Position numbers and translations under genes: made by a program | NCBI GenBank assembly: GCA_036550355.1 | Contig: JAXKGN010000005.1 | Span: forward strand, 59,193-123,192 | DNA from: Collinsella sp. | GTDB taxonomy: Bacteria; Actinomycetota; Coriobacteriia; Coriobacteriales; Coriobacteriaceae | Length of the DNA stretch: 64,000 nucleotides | Direction of reading: 5' to 3' | Part shown: positions 29,798 to 38,380 of the stretch, piece by piece | Layout: every line of letters starts with the position of its first letter | How positions within the stretch are numbered: the first letter of the stretch is position 1 | The notes under the pieces: model-generated | Databases searched by the model: none | Told to the model about the DNA's origin: nothing | The model's input: the letters and a program-made list of their open reading frames with translations, nothing else

Positions 29798-29843
29798 GCG
29801 GCCGCTTGTAACTGAAAGATTGAGTTATAAGCGGCCGCTTTTT
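29798..29843 (+). terminator. Intrinsic terminator closing the two-gene operon
   Basis: GCGGCCGCTTGTAACT...AGTTATAAGCGGCCGC followed by TTTTT. Confidence 0.75.
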
Positions 29844-30085
29844 ACTGCGAAATCACGCCCATTGGTCATGCGGATTGGGCAAATTAGATTCGTAAGACAA
29901 GCATCAAGATAAAATCAGTAATCCGAGGGCCATTTCGGCTCCGTCATTATTATGAATCGGGTACCAGTGCAAGCAATCATCGATAATTGTAGTTGGCTAA
30001 AAATCGAACTCAATTGCAATTCACTGCCCATTAATCAGGCATATGCTTCACATCGGAAACTCCATTTTAAGAATAGGAAATAGAA

Positions 30086-31183
30086 ATGGTGATCCTGGTT
30101 TCATGCATCATCGATCAAAATCTTGATCTTAGAGATTCCGTTCAATATCGAGGACTATTGAACGGAACGGAATATCTTCTCGAGCTGGACCAAACGTTTG
30201 GGACAAAGCTGAACATGCCAAAGAATTACTTTGTTGGAAATACTCAAAATCTAAATGTTTCCGAATTGCTTTCTCCTAACGGAACAATAGGATATCGCAG
30301 TAAAGCAAAAAACGGCGACAAACGGATGGGCGAATTTGAGGTTTGCTTTCGGAACGATAAGTTGCTATCGCTCGACTATTATGCGCAAGGTTCTGGCTTC
30401 GTTTTTGCTCGTGTTTTATTTGAAAGCAATGTCATGAATAAGGAGGAGGTGAACAAGAACGTCAATGCATACATTAGCTTTGCGACCAATGTCGTATCAA
30501 ACTACATTTTGGTATTAAGGTATCTAACGAGTTCTAACGTCTTAAAACCCTTTGATAGGTTTTCCTCGCCAGGGCATCGAATCTACGCTGCTCTCGATAA
30601 TCCATTCGCAAAGCTGGATGACTGTCCTCAATTAACTTCTACTTGTAACAACATTGTATTTCCAGTAAGAGATGAATCTGAGCCATACTTCATCTGCCCT
30701 GATAACATAAATATCGAGGACTTTATTTATGAGGGAAAGAGTATTTCGGTTGAAGACCAGTTACTGCTGGAAGCAAAAACACTTGCATATAATAACTCCT
30801 CTTTCGATACTGCAATTGTCCTGATCGAATCCTCTTTTGAGTTATTTGCCGCACGTTATTTAAAAGAGAAGTGCTCAGATAAAGGAATTGCAAAACTGAC
30901 TTCACCGTCAGGAAGGCCTCGGCGATGCCCTTATGCTCGCGTGATTGATCACTCGAATATTGAAACACTATTAGACAATGTGGCGCTTCAGGTCCTTGGT
31001 TACGTTCTCAATAACAGTGATGCCTATTCTTACTGGACAAATAATTGCAAAAAAGTCAGAAACAGAATCGTGCATAGAGGCGAGATTGGACACTCGCTAA
31101 ACGATGTTAAGCTAGCCTTTCAAGCGACTACTAATTTTAAGCAAGAAATCGTTTTGTGCGGCGAAGATGAAGCCGGCTCATAA
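30086..31183 (+). CDS. Low-GC hypothetical protein with C-terminal HEPN-like domain
   Basis: AIVLIESSFE helix followed by RNRIVH (Rx4H motif). Confidence 0.6.
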   Translation: MVILVSCIIDQNLDLRDSVQYRGLLNGTEYLLELDQTFGTKLNMPKNYFVGNTQNLNVSELLSPNGTIGYRSKAKNGDKRMGEFEVCFRNDKLLSLDYYAQGSGFVFARVLFESNVMNKEEVNKNVNAYISFATNVVSNYILVLRYLTSSNVLKPFDRFSSPGHRIYAALDNPFAKLDDCPQLTSTCNNIVFPVRDESEPYFICPDNINIEDFIYEGKSISVEDQLLLEAKTLAYNNSSFDTAIVLIESSFELFAARYLKEKCSDKGIAKLTSPSGRPRRCPYARVIDHSNIETLLDNVALQVLGYVLNNSDAYSYWTNNCKKVRNRIVHRGEIGHSLNDVKLAFQATTNFKQEIVLCGEDEAGS

Positions 31184-31508
31184 AACGTGCCCAGTTGGCT
31201 CTCGGAGTAAGTCTATTTAGTTTCACGTACGCATGTTCTGTCCCGAAGTACCCAGACCAGCCCTGTTTTTCTCGTAATATTTGATTCGATAAACAGCCTT
31301 GATATGGACTTAGAATTATTGCTTGCGCTTAACAAGCGTCAGACGCTCCCTCCTTTCACCGACTGGCAAAACGATTTACACCTATTTTTGTGAATTGATT
31401 ACAGGCTTTTAGCTTGCCCGTGCCTTGATCTCGCTACACTAATAACTGCTGTTACCAGGTTGTTTTCTGGCGCAGTTTCCATTGGCTCTAGCGAAGATCG
31501 GAGCGGTT

Positions 31509-32597
31509 ATGTTTGCTGCCGCGTTCCACACTAGCCGACACTACATCCTGTTTACCGTAATGGCCTGCCTATGCGTTTTGCTGGGCGGGCCTTCTTATGC
31601 CGCGGGCGCGGACAGTCTGTTCATTGCGGGCGCCACGTACTACGAGCCAGGTGTTTCGGGTCCCGGTTGGGCTTGGACCGAAGCCGACCATCTGGAGCTT
31701 ACCGGCTATGCGGGCGAGGCCATCGGCGCCGACGGCGACCTGGTGGTAACACTTGTGGGGCAAAACTCCGTGGTCGAGACGCATGTGCCCGATGCGGACA
31801 TTTCCATGAGCGGCATGGAGGTGTGGGGTAACCTTACGCTTATCGGCTCCGGCTCGCTCACGGCGACGGGTTCGCAATGCGGGATCCATGTGTCCCAGGC
31901 GCTTGTGGTGGACGGCTGCACGGTCGATGCCAGGGCCGACGGGACAGGCGTTCTTAACCAGCCAGTTGCTGGCATTGCCGCAGGCAGCTTGACCGTACGT
32001 AGAGGCGGGCGTGTTGTTGCCGCGGGCGCGGGAACCGATACGGGCTTGCACTTTTATGGCGTGCGCTTGCTCGACGAGGGGTTTGGTGCTGACGTTGCGA
32101 GCGAGACGCTTGTCGTGGATGCGTCCTGGCTGGATGCAACCGGTACGGATGCCGGCGTTGCCTGCGATCGCGGGTCGCTCGTGGCCGCGCACTTTGTGAC
32201 GCCTGCAGGCGGGGCCTTTGGTGCTGCCAGCGTGGTGGATGCTGAAGGGGCCGTGGCATCGCACGTGGTCATTGAGCCTGAAGGCGCCACCGCCCCGGCG
32301 AGGGAGACCGACGCGCGCGATGTGCCGGGTAATGGCACAGGCGAGACTACTGGTGACGCCGGCCCCGCTGCGGGGCAACCCGGTGCGGGGCCGGCGACGG
32401 ATCTTGCGGTGAAACCCGCAGCTACGTCGCTCAAGACAACGGTCACCAAGACCACAGTCACCAAGACGACTAAGCCCAAATCCACTATGGCAACAACATC
32501 GGCGCTTCCCAAGACCGGCGACGGCTACTGGATAGCCGCCTCCTTAACGCTATTCCTGCTGGGGGCAGTGCTTCTAAGCGCCGCATATCGCTGCTGA
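31509..32597 (+). CDS. Sortase-anchored surface protein
   Basis: Signal peptide, beta-rich repeats, T/K/P linker, LPKTG followed by a TM helix; start uncertain. Confidence 0.8.
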   Translation: MFAAAFHTSRHYILFTVMACLCVLLGGPSYAAGADSLFIAGATYYEPGVSGPGWAWTEADHLELTGYAGEAIGADGDLVVTLVGQNSVVETHVPDADISMSGMEVWGNLTLIGSGSLTATGSQCGIHVSQALVVDGCTVDARADGTGVLNQPVAGIAAGSLTVRRGGRVVAAGAGTDTGLHFYGVRLLDEGFGADVASETLVVDASWLDATGTDAGVACDRGSLVAAHFVTPAGGAFGAASVVDAEGAVASHVVIEPEGATAPARETDARDVPGNGTGETTGDAGPAAGQPGAGPATDLAVKPAATSLKTTVTKTTVTKTTKPKSTMATTSALPKTGDGYWIAASLTLFLLGAVLLSAAYRC

Positions 32598-32649
32598 TGC
32601 GGTGCGACGCACTTGACTGCGATACAAGAGCTCTGTAGGAGCTTTAAGG

Positions 32650-32681
32650 GCAACGCTTTCGGCAAGGGAGCGTTACTTTTT
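32650..32681 (+). terminator. Intrinsic terminator
   Basis: GCAACGCTTTC...GGGAGCGTTAC followed by TTTTT. Confidence 0.6.
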
Positions 32682-32718
32682 CATGCATATAATGTCTAAC
32701 GTACAGCCATATGCGTTT

Positions 32719-32741
32719 CCGAAACAAGGACTATGTTTCGG
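32719..32741. promoter_or_regulatory. Palindrome upstream of the MNT gene (candidate operator)
   Basis: CCGAAACA-N7-TGTTTCGG. Confidence 0.4.
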
Positions 32742-32783
32742 CGCTGGCCCTCTGATATTCTACTGTTGAACGGTAAATAACCC

Positions 32784-33173
32784 ATGATTTCGACTACCGA
32801 CATATCCACTGCCGCCACCCGCGTGCTAGCTCAATACGACGTCAGCGAAGCATATTTATTTGGCTCGTTTGCCCGAGGCGAGCAAACGCCCGATAGCGAT
32901 ATTGACTTGCGCCTAGTCTGCGGCAACACCATGACGTTCGGCATGCTTTACGAACTCTCCTATGAGCTCGAGATAGAACTTGGGCGAAAGGTTGATATCG
33001 TCACCAACCCACCAGAGCACATGCGCCCTGCCTTCCGCAAAAGCATCGAGCAGGATGAGGTGCGTGTCTATGAAGCACTGCAAGTAGGACGAGGAGCTTG
33101 CGAATGCCAGCCCGCGGCCTTTCCCTTCCAGAGAACCCAGCCCGGTGACCCTCCAGGCCATTCGCGAAGGTGA
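32784..33173 (+). CDS. Minimal nucleotidyltransferase (MNT antitoxin-like)
   Basis: LFGSFARGEQTPDSDIDL and GRKVDIV motifs; the C-terminal ~30 aa look like read-through. Confidence 0.85.
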   Translation: MISTTDISTAATRVLAQYDVSEAYLFGSFARGEQTPDSDIDLRLVCGNTMTFGMLYELSYELEIELGRKVDIVTNPPEHMRPAFRKSIEQDEVRVYEALQVGRGACECQPAAFPFQRTQPGDPPGHSRR

Positions 33174-33258
33174 TGCGTTCTTAGTGACGGGGGAGTCCGG
33201 TCGCTTCGACAACGGCGCCGATCTAATCGATGCAGCTCTAAAAGCTCCTGAAGCGTGA
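33070..33258 (+). pseudogene. Chimeric toxin-antitoxin remnant (HEPN-like start joined to RelB/DinJ-like C-terminus)
   Basis: MKHCK*DEEL...PSPVTLQAIREGDAFL...GRFDNGADLIDAAL*, with in-frame TAG at 33085. Confidence 0.45.
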
Positions 33259-33489
33259 GAGAATTTAACCACCGAAGAGACTGTCGTCTTGGAGGTGCCA
33301 GATCGGCGAGGTACGTACCTCGCCATTTTTGTACGATTTGATCAAATGTCTAAGCATTTGAACCTGCATATCGACGAGGTCGGCAATGCGGATAAGCCTT
33401 TTCTGCCTAGTGGCAGGCTTAATTCGCGATATCCTTCATGTGTTATACTTGAGCCATAAATTCTGTTTCAAGTATTCGAAAGGCTTGAG

Positions 33490-34665
33490 ATGAAGTTGTT
33501 AAAGGTTTGCTTCGACCATCTCACGATGTTCGAAGACGGGTTATTCGATATCGATTTGTTCGCCTCCGACCGCGTGACGGCCTCCGATGAGTCGGCTTTC
33601 GAACTGGCGGACCATCTCTACGTGAATAGCGTCGTCGCGCTGGCGGGAATTAACGCTACGGGAAAGACGACAGCACTGAACCTGCTGGAGCTCGCCTGCC
33701 GCATTGTTGACGGCTCTCCGGCGCGCGGTGGCGGGCTCCCATCAACGTTCCCCGCCGCGTTCGACGGCCCGTCCGAGCTCAAGTGCGTCATATGGCACGC
33801 AGATCGTCTTTACTTGCTCGAGTCGGTGCTGCAGACTGTCGAAGGAGGCGACGACGGTCCCGAGCTGTCGTTCTCCGATGAGGTGATTTCTTCGCTGCCG
33901 GCCAAGGCCTTCAAGCGCTCGACCCTGGCATCCTGGGCCGAAATCGAGAAACTCGCGTCCCCGCTGTGCGACCGTGCTCAGATGCCGGACTCTTGGGCGG
34001 CGCTTACGCCGCCTGACGTTTCCGTCGCAGCCGCTGTGCTCGCCAAGGACTTCGGCCATCGCATCCGAGCGACGGCATTGCGCGACGGTGGCTTCCGCCT
34101 CACTGAGCAATTCAACGGTCTCGACGACGTGCTTCGTGTTTTCGACTCTGGCATCGAGCACCTCGAGGTCCGGGACTCCGGTCGCGCCTTCGTACTGACG
34201 TTTACAGGTCGCGAGCCCATCACGATCTCCGAGCGGGGGCTCACCGAGGTGCTCTCCTCCGGCACTGTACGTGGCCTAGGGCTGGTGCAGCGCGCAATGA
34301 GGGTCCTGCGCTCCGGCGGCTACCTTTTAGTCGACGAGGTGGAGAACCACCTTAACCGCCAACTGGTTAACGTCGTGCTTGATCTGTTTGCCGCCCACGG
34401 GACCAACCCCAACGGCGCGACGCTGGTTTTCACGACTCACTACCCGCAGCTCCTCGATCACGTGCACCGCAAGGACAACGTGTTCTTTCTCGCCCGACGC
34501 AACAGCGGTGCGCGCGTGGTGAAGTACGCCGACCGCGTGAAACGCATCGAGAACAAGAAATCGGAGGTATTCGCCTCGAACTTTGTGAAGGGGACCGCTC
34601 CGCGCTACGCCGACGTGCGCGCGCTTAAAGAGCTCGTCGCAGAGGAGGTGTCCGATGAGCGGTGA
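33490..34665 (+). CDS. AAA_21/RloA-like ATPase
   Basis: Walker A GINATGKT, LSSGT signature, LLVDEVENHL and FTTH motifs. Confidence 0.88.
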   Translation: MKLLKVCFDHLTMFEDGLFDIDLFASDRVTASDESAFELADHLYVNSVVALAGINATGKTTALNLLELACRIVDGSPARGGGLPSTFPAAFDGPSELKCVIWHADRLYLLESVLQTVEGGDDGPELSFSDEVISSLPAKAFKRSTLASWAEIEKLASPLCDRAQMPDSWAALTPPDVSVAAAVLAKDFGHRIRATALRDGGFRLTEQFNGLDDVLRVFDSGIEHLEVRDSGRAFVLTFTGREPITISERGLTEVLSSGTVRGLGLVQRAMRVLRSGGYLLVDEVENHLNRQLVNVVLDLFAAHGTNPNGATLVFTTHYPQLLDHVHRKDNVFFLARRNSGARVVKYADRVKRIENKKSEVFASNFVKGTAPRYADVRALKELVAEEVSDER

Positions 34666-35185
34666 TAACGGTTTTCGCTTTGCGGGATATCATCCGATTA
34701 TCTCCTGCGAGGGAACAGCGGAACAGGTGGCCGTGGACATTCTCCTCGAGGCGGACGCGCTCGTCTTTTCAGAGGCCGACGTCATGGACGTCACCCGCCT
34801 GCGCAAAGCCTCCGAAATCCAAGATAACTACCTCAACTTAGACTATGACTGGCCAGTCTGCATCGTCAGGGTGCTGGACTCGAGGAAAGAACGCTTCAAA
34901 CTCGGCAACCTATACGCCGGCCGCTTCCCGGTGGTTAGCTACGTGACCCATCCCGAGATAGAGGTGCTGGCCATTATTCGAGAGGGCTCGTGGAGACGCT
35001 GGCACGGCGGACGCATGAAACCGAGCGACTTCTGCAAATAGGAGCTCGGCATGCACGAGGTAAAGAGGGAAGGCTTCCTCAAAAGTTATTGGGATGCCGA
35101 TTCGCTTACGGCAGCCGCCAGGGAATACAAGCGACTTTCGAAGATCCCCAAGGGCGAGTTGTGCCTGGCAGACCTCATCCGGTAA
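34655..35185 (+). pseudogene. ATPase partner (RloB/TOPRIM-like) with a single nonsense codon
   Basis: ISCEGTAE, RVLDS and PEIE motifs; TAG at 35039-35041, after which the frame continues 47 codons to TAA at 35183-35185. Confidence 0.75.
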
Positions 35186-35300
35186 AGGCTTGCAGCCACC
35201 GCAATACCCATAACGCTTCCCAAGACTACCGGCTGCCGCTTGATTGCCCTTTTCTCGGCGCTTTTCTTGCCGTGTACAACACAGCCATAACGCCCATTTC

Positions 35301-35424
35301 CGGAAGTGCGGGGAAAAATCGCAACCAGCCGAGCACAAACCAAATTTTGGCGTCAAAACCGCAGGTCACGAAAGGGTATAACCGGGGTCTGGTTGGCGGA
35401 ACTCGGTCTTTCCCCGCACTTCCG
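35301..35424. repeat. Inverted-repeat element, copy D (different arms, related core)
   Basis: CGGAAGTGCGGGGAAA ... TTTCCCCGCACTTCCG (16-bp perfect IR); central AAAACCGCAGGTCA (35355-35368). Confidence 0.75.
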
Positions 35425-35426
35425 AA

Positions 35427-35551
35427 CTCGGAGAGTCTTAGAAGCCAGTATTGAATATCGGCAGCCAGTTGCCGAAAATCCATTTGAGGGAATCCGTATC
35501 GTCGATATCATTCGAGAGGGGATGACGGACGATGACCCACGCCTACAGTGA
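35427..35551 (+). pseudogene. 3' remnant of a gene (DUF3990-like C-terminus)
   Basis: ...GIRIVDIIREGMTDDDPRLQ* overlaps the next gene; no plausible start. Confidence 0.45.
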
Positions 35552-36230
35552 GATGTATCTCGAGGATGCCATGAGAACGCTGGGCGAGGCGGTCGATTTT
35601 GCCCTCTGTGACCAAGGGTTGAATCCAGCCGAGTTGACGGCGATCCTGTCGAACGCTTTTGAGATGAAACAGTTTGAGCGCGGTATGCCTCGCGTCGTCT
35701 GCAGCATGGCGGGCGACGAGCTCGCGCACGATATTATCGCCCATGCGGGACTGACCCCCGTCGAATGCAGGGAGACCTATCCGTTCAACCGTTCGCCTCA
35801 GTATTGGGCGGGCTGGGTTTTGGCCTATGCGCAATGGATGAGCAGCTTGGGCTTTAATGAGCTACTCGAAGTCGCTCCGCTCGATTGGATTATCGGCTCG
35901 TACCATTCGCTTCACGAGGCCTCCGAAGACAAATTCGCCCAGATTGTCATTGATAAATGGAACGATGCCCAGGCAGACAAAAAGGGCCTCAAAGCGGCTC
36001 GAAAGGCGGCCGGCCTAACGCAAAAACAGCTCGCCGCCCAATCGGGGGTTAAGCTTCGCGCCATACAACTCTACGAGCAGAACCAACTCGACCTACGCCG
36101 CGCCTCGGTCTCCTCGGCATTAGCGCTCGCAAACACCCTAAACTGCGCCATCGAAGACCTCGTCTGGCAACCGATTGCTCTGGAGTACGACTCGCAAGCT
36201 ATTTCATCTGTAAAATCTGTAAAGCTATAG
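35532..36230 (+). CDS. XRE-family HTH protein
   Basis: C-terminal LKAARKAAGLTQKQLA...IQLYEQ HTH; N-terminal YWAGWVLAYAQW. Confidence 0.85.
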   Translation: MTHAYSEMYLEDAMRTLGEAVDFALCDQGLNPAELTAILSNAFEMKQFERGMPRVVCSMAGDELAHDIIAHAGLTPVECRETYPFNRSPQYWAGWVLAYAQWMSSLGFNELLEVAPLDWIIGSYHSLHEASEDKFAQIVIDKWNDAQADKKGLKAARKAAGLTQKQLAAQSGVKLRAIQLYEQNQLDLRRASVSSALALANTLNCAIEDLVWQPIALEYDSQAISSVKSVKL

Positions 36231-36241
36231 AGGAGGTAGAC

Positions 36242-36427
36242 ATGCCTTGGAGCCATATTCAACAAGATGACGGCGCTGATTGCGTTGCTCAAGAAGATCA
36301 TTCAACTGCGCACGTGGCAAATTCAGCATCACTGATTTTGCGCGACGGCGCCACGTCAATCGACGAAGCTGTTCGGCTGACCATTGCGGGCATGCCCAAC
36401 GCGCTCAGGCTCTTGGAGAACTCATGA
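36242..36427 (+). CDS. Small putative antitoxin
   Basis: 61 aa, RBS GAGGAGG, ATGA overlap with the Doc gene. Confidence 0.6.
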   Translation: MPWSHIQQDDGADCVAQEDHSTAHVANSASLILRDGATSIDEAVRLTIAGMPNALRLLENS

Positions 36428-36939
36428 CGGCGGTCACGCCGCGCCGCGCACTTCCGTTCGCGCCGCTCGTGCTCGATGATGCCGGTTCGCTCAAGGCCAT
36501 GGCAGCGGCCGTAATGCGTCTGCACAGCACGTTGATGAAGGTCGGGCGCTGCTATACGACCGACGCCACAGGTGACCGGGCCGCTCTCGAACTCGGACGC
36601 GTCGAGTCCGTGCTTGCGGGTGCATTCTGTACGATATTCGGCCAATCGCCGGCTGATCGCTTCGCAGACATCTTTGACCAGGTCACCTACGTGGCCGAGC
36701 ACATGGTCAAGGACCACATCTTTGAGGACGGCAACAAACGCACCAGCCTTGTCTTTGCGTTGTCCGTCTTAAGGTTCGCCGGCACCCCGGTCGTGCTGTC
36801 CGACAGCCCCGAGCCCAAAGACAACCAGTACTACGCCTGGATCCAGGACCTCGTTTCTAGTAGCCGCACGACCAGCGAGCTAGCCGAAGAGCTGCGCCGT
36901 GATTGTGTTGTGGGCGCGGACGACCCGTCACACGTATAG
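36424..36939 (+). CDS. Fic/Doc-family toxin
   Basis: HIFEDGNKRTS Doc-type motif. Confidence 0.85.
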   Translation: MTAVTPRRALPFAPLVLDDAGSLKAMAAAVMRLHSTLMKVGRCYTTDATGDRAALELGRVESVLAGAFCTIFGQSPADRFADIFDQVTYVAEHMVKDHIFEDGNKRTSLVFALSVLRFAGTPVVLSDSPEPKDNQYYAWIQDLVSSSRTTSELAEELRRDCVVGADDPSHV

Positions 36940-36984
36940 AATCTAAGCATCCGCACGCCAGCTATTGAATGGATTGGACACCAC

Positions 36985-37773
36985 ATGGAAATCCCCAGCG
37001 CCCTGTGCAGCAATGTCTACGACTTTGCATTTTGCCCCGAGCCCTGTTACGACCGTCTGGTCGACCTCGCCGATCCCGAGGACTGGGGTCCTAGCAACCG
37101 AATCCTCAAAAACTACCTGTCGTTTTCGTTTAGCCGCGCGGTGTTTTTGACCGAGCGCGACGTGGACCAGACCGCGCCGTCCAACCTGCCGCTGGTGTTC
37201 GACGACGACCGTTGCCTGTTTAACACCGGCCTGTACACACGCCGCTACGAGACCATCTACGGTCTGTTTGAGCCCAACACCAAGCCCGATGCGCGCCAGC
37301 GCTGGTTTTTGAAGGGCTTCTTTAAGGAAAGCGACCCCATGCTGGTCTCGTTTGAGTACCTGCCGTGCCGCGTGCGCTTTACCGAGGACCCCTCCGAGCT
37401 GGTCTTTGACTACCGCCTGCCCATCCGCTCCAACATCGACCACATTTTGGGCGACGAGGAGAACCTAACGCGCATCCCCGCCAGCCTGATGGGGGAGGAC
37501 AACTCGCTGTTACTGCGCCGCGCTTTTGAGGGCGCCGTCGTCGAAGCCGCCCGCCGTGCCGCCGCCAACTACACTCTCGCCGTACCGCAGTTCTACGGCG
37601 GCCGGATTCAGCTGCTGCTGCCGCTGTGCCTAACCGGCGACAAGCCCGAGCTGGCGCTAACCATCCAGCGCGAAGACGGCTTCTACGCCGCGCGCACCTG
37701 TCTCACGCTCGACATGGCCTACAACAACGCGCGACTTATCTGCCGCCCCGAGACCTCGTGGATCAAGCGATAA
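36985..37773 (+). CDS. DUF3825-like protein
   Basis: LADPEDW, FNTGL, AVPQFY...IQLLLPLCL and MAYNNARLICRPETSW motifs. Confidence 0.8.
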   Translation: MEIPSALCSNVYDFAFCPEPCYDRLVDLADPEDWGPSNRILKNYLSFSFSRAVFLTERDVDQTAPSNLPLVFDDDRCLFNTGLYTRRYETIYGLFEPNTKPDARQRWFLKGFFKESDPMLVSFEYLPCRVRFTEDPSELVFDYRLPIRSNIDHILGDEENLTRIPASLMGEDNSLLLRRAFEGAVVEAARRAAANYTLAVPQFYGGRIQLLLPLCLTGDKPELALTIQREDGFYAARTCLTLDMAYNNARLICRPETSWIKR

Positions 37774-37923
37774 AGGGCGGTTGAGCTTGGGGTTTGTCGG
37801 CTGCCCTGATTGCGGTTGCGCGGTTTGCGCCCACAATTACGTCAACGATTTTAAAATCGGGGGCAAAAAGTTCTTGGTAAACCACGCGCGGCTATGATAG
37901 TATCTCTTTTGCCGAAAGGCGAC

Positions 37924-37998
37924 GGGCGATTGGCTCAGGGGTAGAGCATATCCTTCACACGGATGGGGTCACAAGTTCGAATCTTGTATCGCCCACCA
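37924..37998 (+). tRNA. tRNA-Val(CAC)
   Basis: GGGCGAT/ATCGCCC acceptor stem, loop TT-CAC-AC, GTTCGA, CCA. Confidence 0.95.
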
Positions 37999-38008
37999 TC
38001 TAAAGCAC

Positions 38009-38045
38009 AGGTCAGAGGTGTTAAGCCTCTGGCCTTTTTCTTTTT
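38009..38045 (+). terminator. Terminator after tRNA-Val
   Basis: AGGTCAGAGG...CCTCTGGCCT followed by a T tract. Confidence 0.75.
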
Positions 38046-38077
38046 GACACCAAGGGTGACACCAAAAGTGACACCAA
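38045..38077 (+). repeat. Three direct repeats of TGACACCAA, 12-bp period
   Basis: Copies start at 38045, 38057 and 38069. Confidence 0.85.
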
Positions 38078-38187
38078 AATCAAATCGTAGTCGTCTAAGG
38101 CGTCATTTTTATCGCACCCTTTTCGCTGACGCCATTGCACGTTATGTATAAAACGCATGCGTATTTTCATTGAATTCCCCCTGTGAT

Positions 38188-38297
38188 CCGAGCACAAATG
38201 TGGAGATAGGAACCACATGCCCAAAGCGCCTACCAGCGGATTTCTATCAAACGATGGTATTTCGGAGGAACCCGTCAAGCATTTGGTTTGCTTCCGG
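38188..38297 (-). repeat. Degenerate inverted-repeat element, copy E (reverse orientation)
   Basis: Minus strand CGGAAG at 38296, 57 bp before CCGCTGGTAG at 38239; imperfect opposite arm at 38188-38200. Confidence 0.45.
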
Positions 38298-38380
38298 TAC
38301 TTACCCGCATGATGCCCCGGTAGATAATCGGCCACGTCTGCAATCCGTATGGCCTACGGCCGATACCAGGGGAGGCGCAA

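Noticed and set aside
35039..35041. Pyrrolysine or programmed read-through of TAG
   Set aside because: No pyl genes in the window and many genes here terminate at TAG; a nonsense mutation is simpler.
38045..38077. Possible CRISPR array
   Set aside because: Repeats are 9 bp with 3-bp spacers, and no cas genes or 25-40-bp repeat-spacer array was seen anywhere in the window.
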